A program made the position numbers and the translations under genes. Positions 12,357 to 24,066 of a stretch of DNA of 64,000 nucleotides are shown one piece after another; positions within the stretch are counted from its first letter, which is position 1, and each line of letters opens with the position of its first letter. This DNA is from Octopus bimaculoides (lineage: Eukaryota): positions 40,197,844 through 40,261,843 of the forward strand of contig NC_068994.1 in NCBI RefSeq assembly GCF_001194135.2, given 5' to 3'. The notes beneath the pieces are model-generated. The model was not told the origin of the DNA, did not search any database, and worked only from the letters and a program-made list of their open reading frames with translations.

Positions 12357-12359
12357 AGA

Positions 12360-13333
12360 CTGTTTTTTATTTGGCCTGTCAAGAGCAGTTTAGTGTGCAT
12401 ATCAGTTTCTCCAAAGCACATGTGAAGCTGCTTTCCACTGTGAAATATTGTCCTTGTTTGAAGGAGAACTCTGATCCCTCAATTAAATTGATGCATATCC
12501 CACAGTTGGGTCTCCCACATTTTTTTACTGATGGCTTCTGTGTTGTTGTTGAGCGTATTCAGGCTTGTGTTATGAGACTTTTCATAGATTTGGGTTGTCT
12601 CTTGCTTTTTATGATGGTGTGTGTTTGGAGGATTAAGTTCATTCTGTGGTCCTTTTTTAGTAGGGGAATGTTTTGAAGGATAGTGTCGAAGCGAAGGCTT
12701 CATTGTTAAGAGGGTTGTGTGTGAAGATATATGGTAGGGCTTTTGGTTGTAAATCCTTCTTTAATTTGGGATGTCTGAGTTAGTGGATGTTGAGTTGTAG
12801 GGCACGTTGAAAGTATATGTCAATTAGTTAAGTGGGGTAGTTCCTGGTGATGAGTGTATCCTTTGGTTCATGTAGTCGTGTGTCTCTGGTGTTTGCATTA
12901 GAAACTATAGTACATATCCTTTTTGCTAGGTTGAAGGGGATATTCATTTTGGTGTGCCTGGGGTGGCATGAGTTGAATGGTATAGATTGCTTGGAGTCCG
13001 TGGGCTTATAGTATATATCTGTTTCTATTACGTTGTTAGATTTCTTAATGAGGATGTCGAGGAAGAGAAGTTGTTGATGGCTATATTCCATCATGAATTG
13101 AATGTTTACGTCAAGTCCATTTATAAGTGCTTGGAATTCTTTAAGTCTCTCTATGCTTTTATGCTAAAGAATGAAACAGTCATCCAGTTATCTCTTCCAG
13201 TTATTTTCTGTAGAAGGAGAATGGGTGGCTGTATTTTTCTAGAACCTTATGATAAAGACTAATTTCTAGATATCCCATGACTAGGTTAGCAAAGGAGGGG
13301 GCCATTCTCGTACCCATCGCAGTCCCTGATTTT
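12360..13333 (-). mobile_element. Penelope-like element fragment (RT motifs to the start of GIY-YIG), pseudogenised
   Basis: SGTAMGTRMAPSFANLVMGYLE; WKR*LDDCFIL (YLDD motif, 13173-13190); FLDILI..TDIYYKPTDS..FNSCHPRHTKMNIPFNLAKRIC; CGKPNCGIC..FTVESSFTC. Confidence 0.9.
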
Positions 13334-13356
13334 TATACATACATATATATATGTAT

Positions 13357-13757
13357 AAATTTGTTGTTGAAAATGCACCTGAATTTGAAAAACTTGTAAT
13401 TGTTTAAAATAAATTTATTTACATATATACCAAATTGGTTTCAACAATATTTTTTGTTTACCAATGGTAAAAATTTAGAATTATGAATTAGAAAAACATG
13501 TTGAAAAGTTTAAACTTGTCAACATTGAAACATTTAAACATATTTTTCTAATTCATAATTCTAAATGTGTCTGTTATGAACATTTAAACTTGTCAACACT
13601 GAAACTTTTAAACATATTTTTCTAATTCATAATTCTAAATTTTTACCATTAATAAACAAAATATATTGTTGAAACCAGTTTGGTACATATGTAAATAAAT
13701 TTATCTTAAAATAATTATAAGTTTTTCAAATTTAGATGCATTTTCAATGACAAATTT
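13357..13757. repeat. Long AT-rich inverted repeat (foldback), arms about 155 bp
   Basis: 13357-13511 is the reverse complement of 13602-13757. The spacer region carries a 55-bp direct duplication (13512-13566 / 13586-13640). Confidence 0.85.
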
Positions 13758-14204
13758 GCCTATATTTTTTCCTGCATGGAAATACACCCCTCTTTTGTTA
13801 TATATCATTATTTGCATGTTGTATATATACATATGTGCAAGTATATGTGTGTAAACGAGTGTTTGACTTCATTTGTATTTTCCTCAAAATTCGGTATACT
13901 ACAAGCAGTGACTATGTTATTTCCTCAGTCAAAAATCCATCTGCTAGTTTGAGCCTCTGAAGGTATGAGAAACGAGAGATCCCGTTCAGGAAAAATATTT
14001 CAAGGCTTATCTCAATAATACATTTGTCTAACCCATGCCAGCATGGAAAAACAAGCATAAAAGTGAAAATGTAATCTAACAATATATACATGCATCTAGT
14101 GCTGACATCATACAAATTCATAAACTTGAAGAGAACATGAAATAATTTTGATGTGGGATCTTGAAGCAGATAAGCTAAAGGTAATGGTGTGTAAATCATC
14201 ATAA

Positions 14205-14430
14205 TCATTGTCATTGTTTAATGTCCATTTTCCATGCTAGCATAGGTTGGACAATTTGACAGGAGCTGGCCAGCCGGGGAACTGTCCAGTTTCCAAATGG
14301 CTTCTACAGCTGGATGCCCTTCCTAATGCCAAACACTTTACAAAGTGTACTGGGTGCTTATTACATGCCACTGGCATGAGTGCATTTACACAGCAATAGC
14401 ATGAATGTATTTTGTATGGCATTGGCACCT
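14205..14430 (-). mobile_element. RTE 3'-end fragment
   Basis: Reverse complement of the GGAAGGGCATCCAGCTGTAGAA...CCAACCTATGCTAGCATGGAAA..TTAAAC family end. Confidence 0.7.
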
Positions 14431-14719
14431 CTAAGAGGCATGCCTGTATGTATAAAAAAATAAATAAATGAATGCGCCCTTTTAAAGCCTAGCCAGACTC
14501 ATGGGCCTGGTTTCAATGGCGTATGTGTTGCCCAGCTGGACGGGATGCCAGTCCATCACAGTGTTACTCATTTTTGCCAGCTGAGTGCACTGGAGCTATG
14601 TGAAATGAAGTGTTTTGCTCAAGAACACACTGCATCACTCGGTCCAGGAATCGAAACCACAATCTTACGATCATGGGGCTGACACCCTAACCACTAAGTC
14701 ACGCCTGTATGTATAGATG

Positions 14720-14965
14720 GCTGCAATTTTACATGTCTTCTTGAGTACAGTAAATCACCACAACACTCAATCCCTTGTCATTTCCTCAGTGGGACCCAGC
14801 ATCTGCAGATCCTTTCTCACTATTTCATCCCACATCTTCCTGGGTCTACTCCTTCCACAGGTTCCCTTCACAATTAGAGATCAGCACTTCTTTATGCGGC
14901 TGTCCTCATCCATACATATCACATGTCCAAACCAGTGCAGTCTTCTCTCTTGTATACTACATGGT
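14720..14965 (-). mobile_element. RTE LINE C-terminal fragment
   Basis: QERRLHWFGHVICMDEDSRIKKC. Confidence 0.7.
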
Positions 14966-15410
14966 TTTCCTCTTAAATCATTTAAATATTGGGTTAATAA
15001 TACCTTGGATACAAAAAGTTGAAGTCTGCTCTTGAGATTTGAACGAACATCTCCTGTAGACAAGAAAAGTGTGCTACCATTGGACCAAAGCAATCATTTG
15101 AATTTCTCTATCCATTTTTGATTTTCATTTTTAGAATGCCAGTCATATCTACAGATGATGTGGATTTCAATTGCCTGTGTAGCCCAGGACATTTATTTTT
15201 TATTCAAAAGGGTGTTTGACCCTATGTTAATATGTTGCTATTTGTAGCTTATCTGTTTCAAGATCCACCATTCCAAAAATGATTTATACACACATACATG
15301 CATATATAATATACATGCATGCATACATATATATATATATATATATACACACACATATGTACATATACATATATATATGCAGACACACACACATATATGT
15401 ACATACACAA

Positions 15411-15448
<38 letters not shown>

Positions 15449-15470
15449 GTATGTACATATNNNNNNNNNN

Positions 15471-15533
<63 letters not shown>

Positions 15534-16047
15534 TGTATGTAAATATTCATATATACATACATATGTACATGTACATATATACATATGCATACATGTATAT
15601 GTACATATATATATACATATATATACATACACGCACAGATGCACCCACACATATATATATGCTCATAAGTGTGTGTGTGTGTGTGTTTGAGTCTTTCATT
15701 ATGTCACTAGGAACAGTTTGCTAGATTGCCATGTATGAAAAATCAGGATTGATTATTTTATCAGGATGTTATATTTATGCAGTAATTAGTGTTTGTATTA
15801 ATGGTCGCTGTGATCTTGAAAATATAGATGTAAATAGCTCTATGCATATTCATAATATAATTATATATTTGCACATGTGTGCATATTTGAAAAACATGCA
15901 GCTTCAGCATACAGAATAACATACATGTATATATATATCTAGCATGCTTGTGCATATATTTGCCATGCATATCTATGCATGTTTATTTTATGCTTCATTT
16001 TAGAATCATAATGTTTAAGATAAAGAAAAGATTAAAATGGAAAAGAA

Positions 16048-16078
<31 letters not shown>

Positions 16079-16354
16079 GCATGGTTTAAATTATAAGTTT
16101 GCTTTATAAGAAGTATCTGTGACAATATTGATTCAGAAGTCAGCTGATTATATCAATAATGATTTCTTCTAGAATTTTAGATTACATCGTTTATAGTTAA
16201 ATATTCTGTTTAACTTTGCCTTGGCTCAACTTAGGCTTATGATAAGTTGCAATGATGTTGACTGGAGTGATGTTTAAATGATTTCATTTTTTTTTTTTTT
16301 TTTTTTGTACAAGTAGTAGAATTTAATGATTCCAATAAATTTGGTGCAAACATA

Positions 16355-16620
16355 ATAATTATAATGATGATGATGATGATAATAATAATAATAATAATAA
16401 TAATAGTGATGACGATGATGATAATAATGATACTAATAATAATTACAATATTAATAACAATAATGATGATGATGATGATGACGACGATGATGACGATGAT
16501 GATAATGATGATGATGAAGATGATGAGCCAGCAAGTGATTGTACCAAACACGCAAATTAAAAGCAAAATAACAAAAAGATAATAATAATAATATTAATGA
16601 TAATAATAATGATAATGCCA
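16355..16620. repeat. (AAT/GAT/GAC)n tract
   Basis: Read directly. Confidence 0.9.
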
Positions 16621-16815
16621 CTGTTACTTAATGTTTTTTAAATTAGAAATCTTCAACATATTTTATATAATCCTAATTAAAATATATAAGATTTACATTT
16701 AGTATGTATAATTACATCATTTTTGTATGCATATTTTAAAATTTGGTATTTATTTGTTTAATTTCATGTTTTAGTTTACAGTGTTATTTTTAGAAATTAT
16801 ATTTTAAATATATAT

Positions 16816-17224
16816 CAGGAGTGGCTGTGTGGTAAGTAGCTTGCTTACCAGCCACATGGTTCCGGGTTCAGTCCCACTGCGTGGCACTTTGGGCAAGTGC
16901 CTTCTACTGTAGCCTCGGGCCGACCAAAGCCTTGTGAGTGGATTTGGTAGACGGATACTGAAATAAGCCCTTCGTATATATGTATATATATATGTATGTG
17001 TGTATATGTTCTGTATGTGTGTTTGTCCCCAACATCGCTTGACAACCGATGCTGGTGTGTTTAGGTCCCCGTAACTTAGCGGTTCGGTAAAAAGAGACCG
17101 ATAGAATAAGTACTAGGCTTACAAAGAATAAGTCCTGGGGTCGATTTGATTCGACTAAAGGCGGTGCTCCAGCATGGCCGCAGTCAAATGACTGAAACAA
17201 GTAAAAGAATAAAAGAATAAAAGA

Positions 17225-17227
<3 letters not shown>
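16816..17227 (+). mobile_element. SINE family A, full length
   Basis: Head CAGGAGTGGCTGTGTGGTAAG, internal TA/TG tract, (A/G)TAAAAGA tail. Confidence 0.85.
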
Positions 17228-17261
<34 letters not shown>

Positions 17262-17375
17262 TACATATATATATATTTACAATATAATTTTAAAATATAT
17301 ATGTATATATATATATATGTATGTATATGTATGTGTATATATGTGTATGTATATATATATATGTGTATATATGTG

Positions 17376-17420
<45 letters not shown>

Positions 17421-18029
17421 ACATAAATTGTTTAATTTTTTTTGTCGTTTTGTAAATTTTTTTATTTATATATTTTCATTTTGTTTTATTTTTGCAATTT
17501 CAATCATTTTTTTGTACAGTCTATTTTTTTTGTATAGTTAATTTATTATGAGATTCCGCTAAAGATGATAGGCAGAGTCCACTGTGATTTATAGCTCTCA
17601 GAGAATGGTGGGTTAATGATAAGTAGGTGATGTTTGTTCAGTTAATGTGAATGATAATGTACATCATAGGGTTGGTGGTATGAGATAGGCAGGGAAAGGC
17701 TGGATACACAGGAAGATGACTTTCAGAAGAATGAAACAGTTCTGATTGAGAAGGACTGAATACAGTATTGAATTGGAGGTCTGGGGAAAGGAAAGCAAAT
17801 CCTATGAGTCTAGTGGGTTGAGCAATGATATACTTACCTCCCTCCCTACCTACCCACCCACCTACCTACTTACATATATACCTGCCAACCTGCTTACATA
17901 CATATGTACATACACACACGCATATGTTATGAACGTACATATGTATGCATGAATGTATGTATAGACACACACACACACACACATATGTATGAATCTATTT
18001 ATGCATGCATATATTTGTATATATATATT

Positions 18030-18280
18030 ATCATCGTCATCATCGTCGTTTAACGTCCGCTTTCCATGCTAGCATGGGTTGGATGATTTGACTGAGGACT
18101 GGTGAAACCAGATGGCTACACCAGTCTCCAATCTGATTTGGCAGAGTTTCTACAGCTGGATGTCCTTCCTATCGCCAACCACTCCGAGAGTGTAGTAGGT
18201 GCTTTTACGTGCCGCCGGCACGAAGGCCAGTCAGGCGGTACTGGCAACGGCCACGCTCAAATAGTGTATTTTACGTGCCA
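18030..18280 (-). mobile_element. RTE 3'-end fragment, little diverged
   Basis: Close reverse-complement match to 35445-35640. Confidence 0.75.
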
Positions 18281-18926
18281 GTGTGTGTGTGTGTGTGTGT
18301 GTGTGTTTGTGTGTGTGTATTTATGTAAGTGTGGGTGTGTATAAATAGATAGATAGATGGATGGGTGGATGGATAAACAGACAGATAAATATAAGCCTCA
18401 GGAACTTATGCCACATGATGTAATTTTAAAAACTCAAACCAAATATATATCATGTTCACATTCATTCAAAGAAACACCACATATTTCTAAAAAATGTATA
18501 ACCCTAAGTTTTCATTGCATATATTGACTATAGAAAATAGTTTAATATTGGTATATTACATATACTGACGCAGGAAAAAAAATGAGTATTAGCACACATG
18601 GGTATTGAACCTAAACCTCTTATTTTCATGATAAACGTACTACCGATTACACTTAAAAGGCTTTTAAGTAAAGACTGTGTCCCATTTGTGTTAGCAGTTC
18701 AATTCAATCACTGTTTTAAAAATTACTTCTACTCTTTTGTATAGACATTAGAGCCAGCACTAGAAGTTTTCATACTTCGTATATGAGTATGTCTATGTAA
18801 ACAATGAGATCGAAGACAGAAAAATAAGTAACGTGTGTTTACAACTACACAATGTCAAAGCAAAGACACAATAACACACACACACACACACAAATATACA
18901 AACACATATATATATATATATATATA

Positions 18927-19648
18927 NNNNNNNNNNNNNNNNNNNNNNNNNNNNNNNNNNNNNNNNNNNNNNNNNNNNNNNNNNNNNNNNNNNNNNNNNN
19001 NNNNNNNNNNNNNNNNNNNNNNNNNNNNNNNNNNNNNNNNNNNNNNNNNNNNNNNNNNNNNNNNNNNNNNNNNNNNNNNNNNNNNNNNNNNNNNNNNNNN
19101 NNNNNNNNNNNNNNNNNNNNNNNNNNNNNNNNNNNNNNNNNNNNNNNNNNNNNNNNNNNNNNNNNNNNNNNNNNNNNNNNNNNNNNNNNNNNNNNNNNNN
19201 NNNNNNNNNNNNNNNNNNNNNNNNNNNNNNNNNNNNNNNNNNNNNNNNNNNNNNNNNNNNNNNNNNNNNNNNNNNNNNNNNNNNNNNNNNNNNNNNNNNN
19301 NNNNNNNNNNNNNNNNNNNNNNNNNNNNNNNNNNNNNNNNNNNNNNNNNNNNNNNNNNNNNNNNNNNNNNNNNNNNNNNNNNNNNNNNNNNNNNNNNNNN
19401 NNNNNNNNNNNNNNNNNNNNNNNNNNNNNNNNNNNNNNNNNNNNNNNNNNNNNNNNNNNNNNNNNNNNNNNNNNNNNNNNNNNNNNNNNNNNNNNNNNNN
19501 NNNNNNNNNNNNNNNNNNNNNNNNNNNNNNNNNNNNNNNNNNNNNNNNNNNNNNNNNNNNNNNNNNNNNNNNNNNNNNNNNNNNNNNNNNNNNNNNNNNN
19601 NNNNNNNNNNNNNNNNNNNNNNNNNNNNNNNNNNNNNNNNNNNNNNNN

Positions 19649-19649
<1 letters not shown>
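18927..19649. other. Assembly gap (723 N); other gaps at 15461-15470, 34163-34497, 38488-39108, 47994-48285, 48772-48967, 58485-58572
   Basis: N runs, nearly all flanked by (TA)n or (GA)n. Confidence 0.99.
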
Positions 19650-19723
<74 letters not shown>

Positions 19724-19774
19724 GATATATATATAGATATATATATATATATATATATAACATATAGTGGAGGT

Positions 19775-20075
19775 GCATGACTTAGTGGTTGGAGCATCAG
19801 GCTCGGAATCATGAGATAGTAAATTCAGTTCCCAGGCTGGGCTGTGTGTTGTGTTCCTTTCCTGTTGCTCCAGTTCACTCAGCTGTTGAAATGAGTTGGG
19901 ATGTCATTGGGGCCAAGCTGTATCAGCTTTTGCCTTTCCCTTGAATAACATCGGTGGCATGGAGAGTGGAGGCTGGTATGCAAGGACAACTGCTGGTCTT
20001 CCATAAACAATTTTGCTCGGACTTATGCCTCGGAACGTAACTTTCTAGACGCAAACCCCATGGTCATTCATGACC
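19775..20075 (+). mobile_element. tRNA-headed SINE (V-SINE-like body)
   Basis: Box A-like GACTTAGTGGTT and decayed box B-like TTCAGTTCCC, followed by GTTGCTCCAGTTCACTCAGCTG. Confidence 0.5.
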
Positions 20076-20418
20076 AAAGGTGCAAGCTTCAGCCAGGCCA
20101 GCTCCTATCAAACCATCCCACCCATGCCAGCATGGAAGGATGATGACGATATATAGCATACTGTTCTGTAATGGTAACATCAAGAAAAAAGGTACTCTAT
20201 CTGGTGAGAGATAAATATCATTTAAAAAAACACAATATATGTTTTTATGTGCTACTATTAGACTCATGTGATGAAAACAACTCAGACACCATTACAGAAC
20301 ACATCTGGATCATTCACATCTGACGATTGCATGAAGGCACCAGACATGTTATAAATTACTGTCTGGGTCATTTTCATCACATGAAACTATTTGTAGCTCA
20401 TAAAAATATATACAGTAT

Positions 20419-20809
20419 TTATTATTCTTTTATACTTTTATTCTTTTACGTGTTTCAGTCATTTGACTGTGGCCATGCTGGAGCACAACCTTTAGTTGAG
20501 CAAATTGACCCCAAGACTTATTCTTTGTAAGCCTAATACTCTTTTGCCAAACCTCTTAAGTTACGGGGACGTAAACATACCAGCATTGTGTGTCAAGCTA
20601 TGGTGGGAGGACAAACGCCAACACACACATATATATACATACATACAATGGGCTTCTTTCAGTTTCTGTCCACCAAATCCACTCACAAGGCTGTGGTCAG
20701 CCCAAGGCTATAATAGAAGACACTTGCTCAAGGTGCCACGCAGTGGGACTGAACCCGGAACCATGTGGTTGGTAAGCAAGCTACTTACCACATAGCCACT
20801 CCTACGCCT
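20419..20809 (-). mobile_element. SINE family A
   Basis: Matches 3577-3999, with a short internal microsatellite. Confidence 0.85.
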
Positions 20810-20821
20810 TATATATATATA

Positions 20822-21142
20822 AAATCAAAATAAGCAATAAGGATATCCAGAGGTGATGCAGTACGATCGTTTCTTGCAACTCCATTTAATTGAACAATGT
20901 AATCATTACATCAATTTAAAATGTAGAGCAATCCTCAGCTGCACAAAGACATAGAATTTAATTAATTAGATGTACACATTCGTATAATTATACCTAAAAT
21001 TTCCAATTCTATGTCTTTGTGCAGCTGAGGATTGCTCTGCATTTTAAATTGATGTAATGATTACATTGTTCAATTAAATGGAGTTTGCATGAAATGATCG
21101 TACTGCATTACTTCTGGATATCCTTGTTGCTTATTTTGATTT
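20822..21142. repeat. Long inverted repeat (foldback), arms about 137 bp, 46-bp spacer
   Basis: 20822-20958 is the reverse complement of 21005-21142, with few mismatches. Confidence 0.9.
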
Positions 21143-21232
21143 CAATCACCTTACTTTGAAATTGTATGGATAATACTGTACTAAACTCTGGTGTTAATTT
21201 GCTTCAGCTTTATATTACATTAATCGCATTTC

Positions 21233-21277
21233 GGCCAGAGTTCTTTCGTCACTCTTCTGTGACCTCATCAGTGGTCC
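21233..21277 (-). ncRNA. Minimal type-I hammerhead ribozyme, intact core
   Basis: GGACCA-CUGAUGA-G-GUCAC-AGAAGA-GUGAC-GAAA-G-AA-C-UC^UGGCC: stem I CCA/UGG (plus GG/CC with a bulge), 5-bp stem II, 2-bp stem III. Confidence 0.7.
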
Positions 21278-21959
21278 TTTGCTTTCTTTATTTGTGTATC
21301 CCTCCTTACTAATGATCAGCCATTTTGTATTCCTATTGTATGTGTCTATATTTGCACATGCATATCCCTCTATGTGTGTCTATGTTCAATAAGTGCATGT
21401 GTGTGTATGGGGAGTGCCTGCATTATCTGTATCCCCTGTTTATACATGTTCGTTTAATTAGTTTTTATTTATTTGTTCATGTGTTTATACCTAGTGTGCG
21501 TTTCTGGGGTCCAAGAACAATTGTCCACATCATCAAGTGGGCGTTGAGGACCTTTTCTCTTTCCTCATGCGCCTGTAAAGTTGTTACTTTCATATTGGCG
21601 ATGTGAGGTTGCATTGCCTGGATATAGTTCGGTAAGCTGTCTATTGACATCCTGCCGGACTTATCTGTCGAAAGCATACCAATTCTCCGTTCCTCGTGTG
21701 CTGCATGAGCTCATGTAGGCCACATGCGGGTATATTCCAGAGTTGTTGGGCCTCTGTCTTATTCTGTCTCTAAGTGTATAATTCTAAAATCTGTCTAAGT
21801 GAATTGTGCTTCCATGTGGTCATAAGTATGTCTAGAGATGCAGAGCTTTTCGTTTAAGAGTAAAGTTGTCGGGTATATATTGTAAGATTTGTCACATATG
21901 TTGAAGAACTGAGTGTCAAGGGGGTTGGTATTCATGTTGTTGGCCCTTCTGGGGTTATC

Positions 21960-22150
21960 TTCCTCATAACCACTACTACTATTACCGTCGTTACTGCTAC
22001 CACCATCGACCCCATTACTATTACCACCACTATTATTACTACTACCACCACCACCACTACTACTGCTGCTGCTACTACTACTACCACTACTGTTACCACC
22101 ACACCTACTACTACCACTACCGCTGTTCCTACCATTACTACTATTAGTCA
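21960..22150. repeat. (ACT/ACC/GCT)n tract inside the PLE remnant
   Basis: Read directly. Confidence 0.9.
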
Positions 22151-23341
22151 CTCTGATTACCACTAGTGATATTCTCGTTGTTCTTGTACCTAATGTTGGT
22201 CCCTGTCATTCCCTCCCCTCTTGTGGTTGTTGTTTCTGTTCTTAGCAGCAGCGTTTTCTGTTTCAAGTCTACTGACCACCTGTCAAACAATTCTGTTGCA
22301 TTCAATTTTATTCTCCCCCGTGACCCCCATGACCTTACTTTTATTCGTGTCCTTGTGACTATGGTTATCTGTGTGTGTGTGTGTGCCTGTGTGTCCATTC
22401 CCCTTGTTATTGTTGTATTTGATTTGTTCTCTGCTTTTGTTTTTGTACCTGTTGCTTGTCTTCGTGTGTTCGTTTTTGCCGTTGTTGTTGCTGTGGTTAT
22501 TGTTGTTGTACATATTTAAATTCCAACGTATTTTTGTGAACGACTTTTCGATTTCAGAGAGGCATTGGATGGTATTTACCTTATTATATACAGCATATTT
22601 CGGTGGTAGTTGAAGTACCGATTTTTCATCTGGGTCTGTTGTTATTCCTTCATAGATGTTCGCTTCATTGTCTTTGTCAAACTCTGCTGGTAGTGGGACA
22701 TCTGCCATAACAATTCCGTTTATTGTATCTGGGTACTTCTCTTTCTCTTCCTTTGCTAGTTTGTATTGCTGTTTACGTTTCAACTACGACATTTTCTTTC
22801 TAAAGTGTCTATAGCATTGGCGTATATGTGTGTTCTCTGCGTGTATTATATTCATAAGTGTGGTTCTCTCTGTCGTGTGGTGATGCTTCTAATTTCTCTT
22901 AATAAAATGCGCCTGCGTTTTCCTTGTTGGCGTAGTTCCTTATAGATCTTATTCTTTATATTCACCATTAGCGTCCCTTTCAGCCTTTCAGCTTGACCTT
23001 TGGTGAGTTCCAGTCTTTCCGCACTGGATGTCACTCTGATAGCATATATTTTGGAGGAGACACATAGTTTAACAAAATGAAGCTGTTGAGTCGTCACGGT
23101 TTTCCGTAGGCAACTGAATACAGTGTTTTTCAGTGTCTTGCTAGCCTGGCTAGGGCTCACGTTGTTCCGTTTATATATTTGTTTTGCAAGATTCTTGGTG
23201 TCAAATCGTGTGCTGAAACAGATATTGTTGTATTTGGGGATGGTCATGTTGCCAGTTTAGTCAATAAAAACACACGCACTATATATTTGGTGTTAATTTG
23301 CTTCGGCTTTATATTACATTACATTACATTAATCATATTCC

Positions 23342-23386
23342 GGCCAGAGTTCTTTCGTCACACTTCTGTAACCTCACCAGTGGTCC
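23342..23386 (-). ncRNA. Hammerhead copy with a core mutation (CUGGUGA)
   Basis: GGACCA-CUGGUGA-G-GUUAC-AGAAGU-GUGAC-GAAA-GAAC-UC-UGGCC. Stem II is kept by a G-U pair; A6 is changed to G. Confidence 0.55.
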
Positions 23387-23658
23387 TTTGCTTTCTTCTT
23401 TCTTATTTGTGTGTCCCTCCTTACTCAGCCATTTTGTATTCCTATTGTATGTGTCTATATTTGCGCATGCGTATCCCTCTATGTGTGTCTATGTTTTGTA
23501 AGTGCATGTGTGTATGGGGAGTGCCTGTATTATCTGCATCCCCTGTTTATACATGTTCGTTTAATTTGTTTTTATTTATTTGTTCATGTGTTTATACTTA
23601 CTTTTGTTTTGTGTTTAATTTAATTTTGTTAACGTATGTAGTTATTTAATTCCATTTG

Positions 23659-23983
23659 TGGCGATCTTACGGTACGAGTCCTAAATATCGGCGTTTTCCG
23701 TAAAAAGTGTCTTCGGCGATCTTTACGAAAGATCAGCCTTTTCCATAACACCCGCACGATCTTCACTACGGTGTAAGGGCTAGGGTTTTAGTGTCAGGAT
23801 TAGGGTTAGAGTTAGTGTTATGGTTAGGGACGGAATTCCCTAACCCAAACCCTAACCCTAAAACCTTAAAAATAAATCGTGCTCTCTGTATGTCTTTCGC
23901 TTTTATGACGTCGTTTCCCTGTTTCTCTCCAACACTTTTTACGGAAAAGGCCGATATTTAGGACTTGTACCGTAAGATCGCCA
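23659..23983. mobile_element. Second Merlin-like MITE (325 bp) with internal (TTAGGG)-like to (CCCTAA)-like repeats
   Basis: 52-bp TIRs with 2 mismatches (23659-23710 / 23932-23983, (T)GGCGATCTTACGG). No TSD found. Confidence 0.75.
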
Positions 23984-23986
23984 GTA

Positions 23987-24066
<80 letters not shown>

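Larger units (their letters stand above)
21189..23597 (-). mobile_element. Penelope-like element derivative: two ~300-bp direct repeats (pseudo-LTRs) around an N-terminal ORF remnant lacking RT core and endonuclease
   Basis: Direct repeats at 21189-21490 and 23288-23597. Interrupted frames give EKSVLQLPPKYAVY...EIEKSFTKIRW and TDKSGRMSIDSLPNY..M..H, matching the PLE pre-RT region. Confidence 0.8.

Noticed and set aside
16816-16900. Possible tRNA genes at SINE heads
   Set aside because: Box A/B-like motifs only; no complete cloverleaf, and each continues into a SINE body.
18793-19812. Long ORFs (290-339 aa) in the track; similar ones at 33894-34620, 38428-39171 and 47931-49174
   Set aside because: They consist of X from N-gaps plus (TA)n translation and are not genes.
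23775-23868. Telomere-telomere fusion signature (TTAGGG to CCCTAA)
   Set aside because: The repeats are short, degenerate and enclosed by 52-bp TIRs, so they are part of a MITE.
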